Below are positions 8,347-16,984 of a stretch of 16,984 nucleotides of DNA, in pieces (the stretch's first letter is position 1; every line of letters starts with the position of its first letter). The DNA lies in contig JAYEKO010000045.1 in assembly GCA_034661055.1 (NCBI GenBank), forward strand, positions 1-16,984, written 5' to 3'. This DNA is from Campylobacterota bacterium. GTDB taxonomy: Bacteria; Campylobacterota; Campylobacteria; Campylobacterales; Sulfurimonadaceae. A program made the position numbers and the translations under genes. The notes beneath the pieces were generated by a model. That model searched no databases, was not told the DNA's origin, and saw only the letters and a list, made by a program, of their open reading frames with translations.

Positions 8347-8373
8347 TAAAGTGATTAAATTTTAATCACTTTA
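8347..8373. promoter_or_regulatory. Perfect 13-bp inverted repeat: fabI operon terminator and/or operator for the porin promoter
   Basis: taaagtgattaaa-t-tttaatcacttta, extendable by agc/gct with one bulge. It lies 15 nt after the fabI stop and about 25 nt upstream of the porin -10. Confidence 0.6.
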
Positions 8374-8388
8374 GCTAATAAGAGGAGT

Positions 8389-9210
<822 letters not shown>

Positions 9211-9221
9211 CTATATCTCCT

Positions 9222-9917
9222 TTATTTTGCTGAACTGATGATTGATTTAAAATCATCTACATTAAGTGAAGCCCCACCAACTAAAACACCATCTACACTC
9301 TCTAATGCCATAATCTCTCTGGCAATATTTGGTTTTACACTACCACCATAGAGAATCGGTTTGGATATGCGCTGTTTTAAAACATTGTGTATTAGTAAAA
9401 TATCATCATTTGATGGAGTCAGTCCAGTTCCAATAGCCCAAACTGGTTCATAAGCGATAATAAGTTTTTCATAACCCAAATCAATACCATCAAGCTGTTC
9501 TTCTAAATAGTTCATTAGTGCATCATTGCCATTCTCACGAACTTCTAATGGTTCACCAATGCAGTACACAATTTCAAAATCTTGCTCTTTATAAAAGTTA
9601 AACTTTGTCGCAATCTCCTCTTGAGTCTCACCTAAAACGTGACGACGTTCACTATGTCCAATAAGAATAGTCTCAATACTAAATTCTTGAAGCTGCTCCA
9701 ATGCTATCTCACCAGTAAAAGCACCATTTTCTACAGCATAAGCATTCTGTGCACCCATTGTCACACTACCTACTATGGTATCTAGCGCCGTTGCTGGAGG
9801 AAATACCATAACGCTATCTGTAATATTTTCAGCTCTTAAATAGTTATTTAACACTTCAAAATACTCTCGAGTACTCACACGTGTCATATTAGTCTTAAAA
9901 TTAGCAGCAATTATCAT
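9222..9917 (-). CDS. tpiA: Triose-phosphate isomerase
   Basis: AANFK, GAFTGE, IGHSERR, AYEPVWAIGTG, LYGGSV and DGVLVGGASL. Confidence 0.97.
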   Translation of the reverse strand: MIIAANFKTNMTRVSTREYFEVLNNYLRAENITDSVMVFPPATALDTIVGSVTMGAQNAYAVENGAFTGEIALEQLQEFSIETILIGHSERRHVLGETQEEIATKFNFYKEQDFEIVYCIGEPLEVRENGNDALMNYLEEQLDGIDLGYEKLIIAYEPVWAIGTGLTPSNDDILLIHNVLKQRISKPILYGGSVKPNIAREIMALESVDGVLVGGASLNVDDFKSIISSAK

Positions 9918-9920
9918 AGT

Positions 9921-11120
9921 TTACTCTTTAGCAAGAAGCACTTCAACACCTGGAAGCACTTTACCTTCTAATAGTTCAAGTGATGCTCCACCACCTGTTG
10001 AGACAAATGTCATCTCATCAACATCACCAGCACGCGCTGCTACATCAGCAGTATCCCCACCACCTACAATAGTAGTAGCATGGGTCTCGGCGATATAATG
10101 CGACATCTTAGTGCTTCCTTTAGAGAACTTATCTATCTCGTAAACACCCATCGGCCCATTCCAGAGTACCGTTTGAGCGTCATTAAGTGCTTCACGAAAG
10201 AGTCGTGTGCTTGCAGGTCCAATATCAAGTCCCATCCAATCACTTGGAATCTCTTGCGTCGGTAAGTATTTAATGGCAGCATGTTCACTCAACTCTGGAG
10301 CAGCTACAACATCTACTGGAAGATAAAACTTGACATTAAGCTCTTTAGCTTTTTGCATAATTCTCTTAGCATCTTCAATTAGGTCATCTTCTACTAAAGA
10401 ATTTCCTATCTCATACCCTTGTGCTTTTAAGAATGTAAATGCCATTCCGCCACCAATAATGACTTTATCAACTTTATCTAAAAGTTTAACAAGTGCCTGC
10501 AACTTACCAGAAACTTTACTTCCACCAATAACCGACACAAAAGGTCGTACTGGCTCCTCTAAAACTCTTTGAAAAAAATCAATCTCTTTATTAAGTAGAA
10601 AGCCTGCCGCACGTGACTCCTCATCAAACTGCTTCGCTAGCGCATAAATTGAAGCATGTTTACGATGACAAGCACCAAAGGCGTCATTAATGAAGATGTC
10701 TGCAAATGATGCTAAGTTTTCAGCAAAAGAGGAATCATTCTTTGTCTCGCCCTCTTCAAAACGTAGATTTTCCAGAAGAAGAACTTCTCCCGAATTAAGA
10801 GCATTTGCCTTTGCCATTGCATCTTCTCCAACAACATCTGTTGCCATGACTACATCTTGTTTTAAAATTGAGTGCAGACGCTTTGAAACACTCTCAAGTG
10901 AAAATTTCTCTTCATAAACACCTGGTGTTGGACGTTCAAAGTGACTAGCCAAAATAACCTTACAGTCATGATCAATACAGTAACGAATTGTTGGAATTGC
11001 TGAACGGATACGTCTATCATCAGTAATGTTTCCAAATTCATCTTTTGGAACATTAAAATCACATCTAATAAATACTCTTTTTCCTGAGATATCAATATCT
11101 TTAATACTGTTAAGTTTCAT
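9921..11120 (-). CDS. pgk: Phosphoglycerate kinase
   Basis: [41 protein letters not shown] and [13 protein letters not shown]. Confidence 0.97.
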   Translation of the reverse strand: MKLNSIKDIDISGKRVFIRCDFNVPKDEFGNITDDRRIRSAIPTIRYCIDHDCKVILASHFERPTPGVYEEKFSLESVSKRLHSILKQDVVMATDVVGEDAMAKANALNSGEVLLLENLRFEEGETKNDSSFAENLASFADIFINDAFGACHRKHASIYALAKQFDEESRAAGFLLNKEIDFFQRVLEEPVRPFVSVIGGSKVSGKLQALVKLLDKVDKVIIGGGMAFTFLKAQGYEIGNSLVEDDLIEDAKRIMQKAKELNVKFYLPVDVVAAPELSEHAAIKYLPTQEIPSDWMGLDIGPASTRLFREALNDAQTVLWNGPMGVYEIDKFSKGSTKMSHYIAETHATTIVGGGDTADVAARAGDVDEMTFVSTGGGASLELLEGKVLPGVEVLLAKE

Positions 11121-11128
11121 TCTTACCC

Positions 11129-12130
11129 TTACTTTTTACTAATATGAAGTGCCATATCTACCAAGCGACATGAGTACCCCCACTCATTGTCATACCACGC
11201 CATAATCTTAACCATGTTTCCGCCAACGACTTGAGTTAAGTCCTCAGCAATAATTGAGCTATAACTTGATCCCATAAAATCTTGGGAGACACGCATATCA
11301 CTGTCCATAAAAATATATCCTTTATGACTCCCTTGCTCAGAAGCAGTAAATGCTGCATTTACTTCCTCTTTTGTTGTCTCTTTTTTAACAATAACATTAA
11401 GATCAACCATAGAGACATTTGGTGTAGGAACACGAACGCTCTGCCCGTTAAGCTTTCCTTTTAAATGTGGCATAACAAGGCCAATTGCCTTAGCAGCGCC
11501 TGTAGTTGTTGGAATCATATTGATAGCACCTGCACGAGCACGACGTTTATCTTTTTGATGTTTTACATCTAAAATATTTTGATCATTAGTATAAGAATGA
11601 ATCGTAGTCATCAACCCTTTTTCAATTCCAAAAACATCATCAAGAATTTTTGTTACTGGACCTAAACAGTTTGTTGTACAACTTGCATTTGAAACAATTG
11701 CCTGACCAGCATAGTCACTTTCATTAACACCCATTACAAAGGTTGGTGTGTCATCTTTTGCCGGAGCAGAGAACAGAACTTTAGGAATACCGTTGTCAAT
11801 ATGTGCTTGTGCTTTCTCTTGAGTTAAAATTGCACCGGTACACTCAAGAACCATGCTAGCACCTTCTGCAGCAAAATCCAATTTTTTTGGATCACGGTCA
11901 GAAAACATACGAATCGTGTCATCACCAATTTTGATGTGATTGTCATCTACAATTGTTACTGTTTTTTCAAATGTCCCATGTACAGAATCATTTTCTAAGA
12001 GATATTTTGTCATCTCTAGTGCGCTAGTATCGTTGATTGCTACTACTTCAATATCATCACGCTGGGCTGCAATACGTGCAACACAGCGTCCAATACGTCC
12101 AAAACCATTAATTGCAATTTTCAGTGCCAT
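11129..12130 (-). CDS. gap: Type I glyceraldehyde-3-phosphate dehydrogenase
   Basis: [28 protein letters not shown] and [13 protein letters not shown] 12130 is preferred over TTG 12136 because AGGA (12141-12138) lies 7 nt upstream. Confidence 0.97.
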   Translation of the reverse strand: MALKIAINGFGRIGRCVARIAAQRDDIEVVAINDTSALEMTKYLLENDSVHGTFEKTVTIVDDNHIKIGDDTIRMFSDRDPKKLDFAAEGASMVLECTGAILTQEKAQAHIDNGIPKVLFSAPAKDDTPTFVMGVNESDYAGQAIVSNASCTTNCLGPVTKILDDVFGIEKGLMTTIHSYTNDQNILDVKHQKDKRRARAGAINMIPTTTGAAKAIGLVMPHLKGKLNGQSVRVPTPNVSMVDLNVIVKKETTKEEVNAAFTASEQGSHKGYIFMDSDMRVSQDFMGSSYSSIIAEDLTQVVGGNMVKIMAWYDNEWGYSCRLVDMALHISKK

Positions 12131-12166
12131 TCTCAATTCCTAAATTGAAGATTAAATATATTCGTG

Positions 12167-12190
12167 ATGTTATCAAAAGTTAGCTATAAT
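12167..12190. promoter_or_regulatory. Back-to-back -10 boxes for the gap operon and nadD
   Basis: Minus-strand TGaTAACAT (12175-12167) and plus-strand TATAAT (12185-12190). Confidence 0.55.
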
Positions 12191-12204
12191 ATGGATTAAA
12201 AAAC

Positions 12205-12750
12205 ATGAAAAGCATCGCACTGTTTGGTGGAAGTTTCGATCCCCCACACCTTGGACATTTAGAAATTGTTGATGAAGCTCTAAAAACACTTGAGATTGAA
12301 AAATTAATAGTGCTACCAGCTTATCTTAATCCATTTAAAACCAGAAGTGTTGCACCAGCATCACTACGCTTTAAATGGTTACAAAAAATTTTTAAGCATC
12401 ACAAAAATGTTGACGTAAGTAGTTTTGAAATTGATCACAATCAGAGTATTCCTAGTATCCAAAGTGTTAAACACTTTAAATCTTTGGAAGCGTGTCGCAT
12501 ATTTTTTATTATTGGTGCAGACAATCTAAAAAAGTTAAAGCAGTGGCACTCCTATGAAGAGTTAAAACTGTTAGTCACCTTTGTCATAGCACACCGAGAT
12601 GAAATAGAGATACCAAAAGAGTATATTGATTTACATGTAGATACTCCAGTGAGCTCAACTGTGTTAAGAAAAAGAATGAATCATACATTTATACCCTCAA
12701 GTGTCAGCGATGAAATTCATAAATATTATAAGGAAAACAATGGAAGATAG
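12205..12750 (+). CDS. nadD: Nicotinate-nucleotide adenylyltransferase
   Basis: LFGGSFDPPHLGH (HIGH-type motif), FIIGADNL...W and VSST; directly upstream of rsfS. Confidence 0.95.
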   Translation: MKSIALFGGSFDPPHLGHLEIVDEALKTLEIEKLIVLPAYLNPFKTRSVAPASLRFKWLQKIFKHHKNVDVSSFEIDHNQSIPSIQSVKHFKSLEACRIFFIIGADNLKKLKQWHSYEELKLLVTFVIAHRDEIEIPKEYIDLHVDTPVSSTVLRKRMNHTFIPSSVSDEIHKYYKENNGR

Positions 12751-13069
12751 AATTGAGAATATCTCTCACGTACTAGACAAAAACAAAGCCGAATCAATTG
12801 AGGTATTTAACTTAAGCAAAGGTGACTACTTTGTTGATTATGTCATTATCGCTTCATCACTTGGAAAGCGTCACACTGAAGCACTTTTAGACTACTGTAA
12901 AAAAGACCTTAAACCTGCCGAATCTTTTTTAGGCGTTGATGTTAGTGATGAGTGGATTGTCATTGATTTAGGAGACATTCTGATTCATATCATGACTCCA
13001 GAGTACCGAACAAAATACGATATGGAGAGTTTTTTAAACTCAATTAATAGCTCTCCTTCAAACACTTAA
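12740..13069 (+). CDS. rsfS: Ribosome silencing factor RsfS (Iojap)
   Basis: LDKNKAESI, DYVIIASS, WIVIDLGDILIHIM...RTKYDME. ATG 12740 is preferred over 12701 because of AAGGA at 12730-12734. Confidence 0.93.
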   Translation: MEDRIENISHVLDKNKAESIEVFNLSKGDYFVDYVIIASSLGKRHTEALLDYCKKDLKPAESFLGVDVSDEWIVIDLGDILIHIMTPEYRTKYDMESFLNSINSSPSNT

Positions 13070-13091
13070 GAAAACTATTGTAAAAATACTA

Positions 13092-13097
13092 TATAAT
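13092..13097 (+). promoter_or_regulatory. Putative sigma70 -10 box of the chemoreceptor gene
   Basis: TATAAT 35 nt upstream of ATG 13133, with AAGGA RBS at 13122-13126. Confidence 0.5.
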
Positions 13098-13132
13098 TGT
13101 CTTTAACTAATAATTTCTTTTAAGGATGATTT

Positions 13133-14224
13133 ATGGGAATTTTTACAGACGATACTGCTCTTAAAGCTGAGATTGCGACCCTAGAAAAAGAGAAAACTAT
13201 CTTAGAGGAAGACAATTCAACACTACAGATGAGAGTGGCTGATTTAGAAGCACAACTCTCACAACAACCATCTGCATCTGATGGTGATTTTTCAAGTTTA
13301 ATGCAGTACCAAAATGAAAATCTTAAAAGCAATATTGTCGATATTCAAGGCAATATGAACGATTCTGTAGTGTCATCAAAAGAGAATTTAAGGCTCTCAA
13401 GTCAGATCTTAGAAGAGATTCAGTCACTTGGTGGCAAATCTGAAGATATCTCCTCAACACTTGATGCCCTGGATGTCTCTGCAGAAGAGTCAACACATAC
13501 TGTTAACAGTCTCTCTGAACGTGCTGAAGAGGTTAGCAATATCTTAAATCTTATTAAGGACATCTCTGATCAAACTAATCTACTTGCGCTCAATGCAGCT
13601 ATTGAAGCTGCCCGTGCAGGTGAACATGGTCGTGGTTTTGCGGTGGTTGCTGATGAAGTCAGAAAGCTTGCCGAAAAAACAGACAAAGCGGTTTCGGAAA
13701 TTAATGTCTCACTTCAAACCATGAAACAAGATGTGATGAGCCTAGGAGATCAATTTTCTCATATTCAAGAGGAGATTGTCAACTCAAACAATATGATTGG
13801 TGAATTTAATACAAGTCTTCAAGACAATACTGCAGGTTTAGAGAGTACTTTTGGAAATATCTCAAAGGTAACGGATCGCGTCTTTATGTCACTTGCAAAA
13901 CTTGACCACGTCCTTTGGAAGGTCAATACATACCTTAGTGCTGTAACACAGCAAGAACAGTTTAAGTTTGTAAATCATCACAACTGTCGTCTTGGAAAAT
14001 GGTACTATGAGGGTGATGGATTTGAAAACTTTAACAGTACTCCAAGCTATAAAAGTCTTGAGAAACCGCATGAAGTTGTACACAATGGAACTCATCATGT
14101 TTTTGATGAGATTGCAAATACTCCTATAAATCTCAATCGACTTAGAAGTGCCTTTAAAGAGATGGAACAAGGAAGTGCTCAAGTATTTAGTATCTTAGAT
14201 AAGATTCTTAACGAAAAAGATTAA
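13133..14224 (+). CDS. Soluble methyl-accepting chemotaxis protein with C-terminal CZB zinc-binding domain (TlpD-like)
   Basis: Signalling hairpin [38 protein letters not shown] ligands in [17 protein letters not shown] and PHEVVH. No TM segment. Confidence 0.93.
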   Translation: MGIFTDDTALKAEIATLEKEKTILEEDNSTLQMRVADLEAQLSQQPSASDGDFSSLMQYQNENLKSNIVDIQGNMNDSVVSSKENLRLSSQILEEIQSLGGKSEDISSTLDALDVSAEESTHTVNSLSERAEEVSNILNLIKDISDQTNLLALNAAIEAARAGEHGRGFAVVADEVRKLAEKTDKAVSEINVSLQTMKQDVMSLGDQFSHIQEEIVNSNNMIGEFNTSLQDNTAGLESTFGNISKVTDRVFMSLAKLDHVLWKVNTYLSAVTQQEQFKFVNHHNCRLGKWYYEGDGFENFNSTPSYKSLEKPHEVVHNGTHHVFDEIANTPINLNRLRSAFKEMEQGSAQVFSILDKILNEKD

Positions 14225-14250
14225 TACTTTACATGATTTTTTGAAATAAT

Positions 14251-14883
14251 ATGCATAAGTTTGGTCTACTCTTTTTAACCATAATAGTTCTCTTTGCAGA
14301 ACCATATATAAAAGGCTCTCTTTTAAAAGCTGTAGAAAAAAAATATGGTAAATTCGCAAAAAACCGCTTTATTCTCCTAGATAAAGAGTTAGAGGTTTTG
14401 CGTGGTAAAAGTGATTTTAAAAAGCTTGAAGGTGTTAATGACTTTTACAATAACACCCCCTATCTTTCAGACATTAAAAACTATGGTCGTAAAGATTATT
14501 GGGCAACACCTTGGGAGCTCTTAGGGCGTGATAAGGGAGACTGTGAAGATTATGTTATTGCAAAATATTTTGCACTTAAACATCTAGGAGTTAGCACTAA
14601 AAAACTCTACTTCTCTTATGTAAAATCTCTTAAATACAGACAAGCCCATATGGTGCTTACCTACTTTAAGACCCCCAAATCAATTCCTCTTGTCTTAGAT
14701 AACTACAATCTAAAGATTTTTCCAGCAGATAAGCGACGTGACCTTATTCCTGTCTATAACTTTAATGGTGACTCGCTCTATTTAGCAAAGAAAAAAGGTC
14801 GACAAGGTAAGGCTGTAAAAAGCGACAGGACTCACAAGAAATGGGATATTCTTGTCAATAATATTAAAAGGAACAAACTATGA
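14251..14883 (+). CDS. lapG: LapG-like periplasmic transglutaminase-like cysteine protease (BTLCP, peptidase C93)
   Basis: N-terminal signal-like segment, DYWATPWE, GDCEDYVIAKY (Cys), AHMVL (His) and LVLDN (Asp). ATGA overlap with a lapD homologue. Confidence 0.9.
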   Translation: MHKFGLLFLTIIVLFAEPYIKGSLLKAVEKKYGKFAKNRFILLDKELEVLRGKSDFKKLEGVNDFYNNTPYLSDIKNYGRKDYWATPWELLGRDKGDCEDYVIAKYFALKHLGVSTKKLYFSYVKSLKYRQAHMVLTYFKTPKSIPLVLDNYNLKIFPADKRRDLIPVYNFNGDSLYLAKKKGRQGKAVKSDRTHKKWDILVNNIKRNKL

Positions 14884-16805
14884 CACTCTTTAAGCAGATA
14901 GCAATATTAACCTCACTATTTTTAAGCATTATTTTAATAACGGTACTCTTTTTAAATTTTAAATCTGCTAATGCACAGATGCAAGAACAGCTCTATAATG
15001 ATGCTAAAAATACGGCTACTTCACTTAGTTTAACACTAGGTACAGCAATGGGTGATGCAACAGTAATGGACACTATGATTAATGCTAATTTTGACAGTGG
15101 TCACTACATGCAGATTACGCTGCTTGATATTGAAGATAATATTCTTTATGACCGCATTGCCGAAGAGAAAAACCCTGATGTTCCAGAGTGGTTTGTCAAT
15201 GCTGTTCCCATTAATATTCCCATTGCCTCAGCACAAGTCTCATCAGGATGGTCTCCTATTGGAATTTTACATGTACAGAGTGACAATACCCATGCTTATG
15301 TTCAACTTTATGACACCCTTATCAATCTACTCATCTGGTTTAGCATTATTGCATCTATTTCACTTGGAAGTCTTAGTATGATACTACATCTCTTCTTACG
15401 ACCACTTACTAAAGTCAGACAGCAAGCAGAGGCGATTAGTAACAATAAGTTTATTATTCAAAAAGAGCTTCCATATACCCTTGAATTCCGAGATGTCGTC
15501 AACGCTATGAACATTATGGTTAAAAAAGTACAAGATATTTTTGACAAAGGGAATGAAGCATTACAACGAAATCAAGAGCTGCTCTATAACGATCCTCTTA
15601 CTAAACTCTATAACCGCCGCTACTTAATGCTCAAGCTACCTAATATATTAAATATTGACAACGCAAACAACGGAGGCAGTACTCTTTTTATTGCCCTAAA
15701 CGATGCGCAACTCATTAATCAACAAATTGGTCATCAAAAAGCCGATAAATTTTTCTGTTCACTCTCATCAAAACTACTTCAGATGAGTGAACCTTTTGAA
15801 GATGCAATAGTTACACGCATGAACGGTACAGAGTTTGCCATTGTATTGCCTGATTGCGAACGTGACAGCGCACTACATATTGCTACAGAGTTTAGAGTAG
15901 TCATCGACATACTTAAAAAAGAGTACCTGCTTAAAAGTGAAATAGATATTATTTCAATAGGAATCTATCGTTATAGTAATAACCAAAAGATTCCTGAGAT
16001 ACTCACAAAGTCAGACTATGCATTGACTCAAGCTAAAGCAAGAGAGGGTGATCATCTCTATGCCTATGAGCAGATAGATGATACCGGTGCAATGGGTAAA
16101 GAGCAGTGGCGACATATTTTAGAAGAGGCGATGACATTTAACCACTTTAAAACAATTTTCTGGCCAGTTGTCAACACTAAAACGCATCAAGAGGTACAGC
16201 GTGTCTTAACCTTTGCCATTAGTGACAACAATGCCAAGAACTACTCTTATGGTAGCTTCATAGCCCCTGCTATTAGTTTAGGGTTAATTCAGAAAATTTA
16301 CATGTATATTTTAGAAAAACTCTTTAAAAGTCCACCTCAAAAACGAAACAGTACGCTCTACTCAATTCGTCTCTCTAGTGAGTTCTTAAAAGCACCTCAC
16401 TCTTATGATGACTTGCAAAAGCTTTTCAAACTCTACTCAACAGAGTTTAGCTCTATGATAGCTTTTGAAATTTCAGACACTATTGTCCTCAAAAACTTAG
16501 AAGTAGTAAAAAGTTTTGATACACTATTTGATCGTTTTGGATATAAAATCGGTATTAATGAGTTTACTGGTGAATCAAAAGATTATGCTTACCTAAGAGA
16601 TATTAGACCACAATTCATTAAAGCAGATGCATCATTTTTCCTAGACCAATCATCTGAAAGCATGAGTGCATTACAAGTCCTAACAGACTCTTTGGGTATT
16701 GAACTAATTGCAACTGGGGTTAAAGAAGAAGAGGTTCTTAAAGAGTTAAAAGTACTCAAAATTACAACAATTCAAGGACCGTTAGCTGAGCAACTGCTCT
16801 CTTAA
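14880..16805 (+). CDS. lapD: LapD-like receptor: LapD/MoxY periplasmic domain, HAMP, degenerate GGDEF, degenerate EAL
   Basis: MTLFKQI N-terminus, two TM helices, INANFDSGHY, VPEWF, SSGW(124), HAMP, DPLTKLYNRRY, GGDEF replaced by NGTEF, EALxR replaced by RVLTF, FIKADASF and IQG. Confidence 0.9.
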   Translation: MTLFKQIAILTSLFLSIILITVLFLNFKSANAQMQEQLYNDAKNTATSLSLTLGTAMGDATVMDTMINANFDSGHYMQITLLDIEDNILYDRIAEEKNPDVPEWFVNAVPINIPIASAQVSSGWSPIGILHVQSDNTHAYVQLYDTLINLLIWFSIIASISLGSLSMILHLFLRPLTKVRQQAEAISNNKFIIQKELPYTLEFRDVVNAMNIMVKKVQDIFDKGNEALQRNQELLYNDPLTKLYNRRYLMLKLPNILNIDNANNGGSTLFIALNDAQLINQQIGHQKADKFFCSLSSKLLQMSEPFEDAIVTRMNGTEFAIVLPDCERDSALHIATEFRVVIDILKKEYLLKSEIDIISIGIYRYSNNQKIPEILTKSDYALTQAKAREGDHLYAYEQIDDTGAMGKEQWRHILEEAMTFNHFKTIFWPVVNTKTHQEVQRVLTFAISDNNAKNYSYGSFIAPAISLGLIQKIYMYILEKLFKSPPQKRNSTLYSIRLSSEFLKAPHSYDDLQKLFKLYSTEFSSMIAFEISDTIVLKNLEVVKSFDTLFDRFGYKIGINEFTGESKDYAYLRDIRPQFIKADASFFLDQSSESMSALQVLTDSLGIELIATGVKEEEVLKELKVLKITTIQGPLAEQLLS

Positions 16806-16827
16806 AAAATGCTTTACGATAATGTTA

Positions 16828-16889
16828 CTTAATTAAGAATATATTTATACTTATTTAAGTATTATAATCCTAAATATTTAAGGATTATA
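16828..16889. promoter_or_regulatory. Three stacked inverted repeats covering the -10 box and RBS of the downstream ATPase
   Basis: cttaattaag (16828-16837); atactta-tt-taagtat (16847-16862); tataatcct-N9-aggattata (16863-16889), which contains TATAAT and overlaps AAGGA. Confidence 0.6.
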
Positions 16890-16890
16890 T

Positions 16891-16984
16891 ATGAAATATA
16901 TTAATAGAGCTATTATGAGTGACTTGAAAGATTATATGAAATATTTTCCAGTGCTACTCATAAGTGGTGCAAGACAAGTTGGAA
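16891..16984 (+). CDS. N-terminus of a P-loop ATPase, AAA_14 (DUF4143-associated)-like, 3'-truncated by the window edge
   Basis: Not in the ORF track; translated by hand as MKYINRAIMSDLKDYMKYFPVLLISGARQVG..., a Walker A start of the GxRQVGK type. AAGGA RBS at 16880-16884. Confidence 0.8.
   Translation, partial: MKYINRAIMSDLKDYMKYFPVLLISGARQVG

Noticed and set aside
8280..8388. Sigma54/NtrC control of the TorF-family gene
   Set aside because: No GG-N10-GC (-24/-12) element or TGCAC-N7-GTGCA site seen upstream on the minus strand.
16812..16839. dif-like 11-6-11 arrangement ctttacgataa-tgttac-ttaattaagaa
   Set aside because: The right arm matches the XerD consensus TTATGTTAAAT at only 6 of 11 positions in very AT-rich DNA. 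Too weak without a profile search.

Overview
AT-rich bacterial chromosome segment. Its gene order (nusA / HP0268-family / miaB / DUF374 / pilMNO-like, and gap-pgk-tpiA-fabI divergent from nadD-rsfS) is typical of Campylobacterota. The extra genes suggest a free-living Sulfurimonas/Sulfurovum-like organism (inference). From left to right: (1) a tightly overlapping minus-strand operon of HP0268-family nuclease, miaB, DUF374 acyltransferase, a membrane-anchored hypothetical, an intact XerC/D-type tyrosine recombinase, and PilM/PilN/PilO-like genes (probable flagellar-motor cage genes; the last is cut by the window edge); (2) nusA; (3) an orphan DppB/OppB-type permease and a TorF/Gcw_chp-family outer-membrane protein; (4) gap-pgk-tpiA-fabI; (5) nadD-rsfS; (6) a soluble CZB-domain chemoreceptor followed by lapG and lapD homologues; (7) the start of an AAA_14-like ATPase behind stacked palindromes. 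I found no rRNA, tRNA, CRISPR array or transposon. The window is mostly core genome, and I cannot show a wholly new system from sequence alone. Best leads: the recombinase plus membrane protein inside the miaB-pilMNO operon, the CZB receptor-LapG-LapD cluster with an unusually degenerate EAL domain, and anti-Shine-Dalgarno motifs beside 3' hairpins. All family calls come from motif recognition, not database searches.
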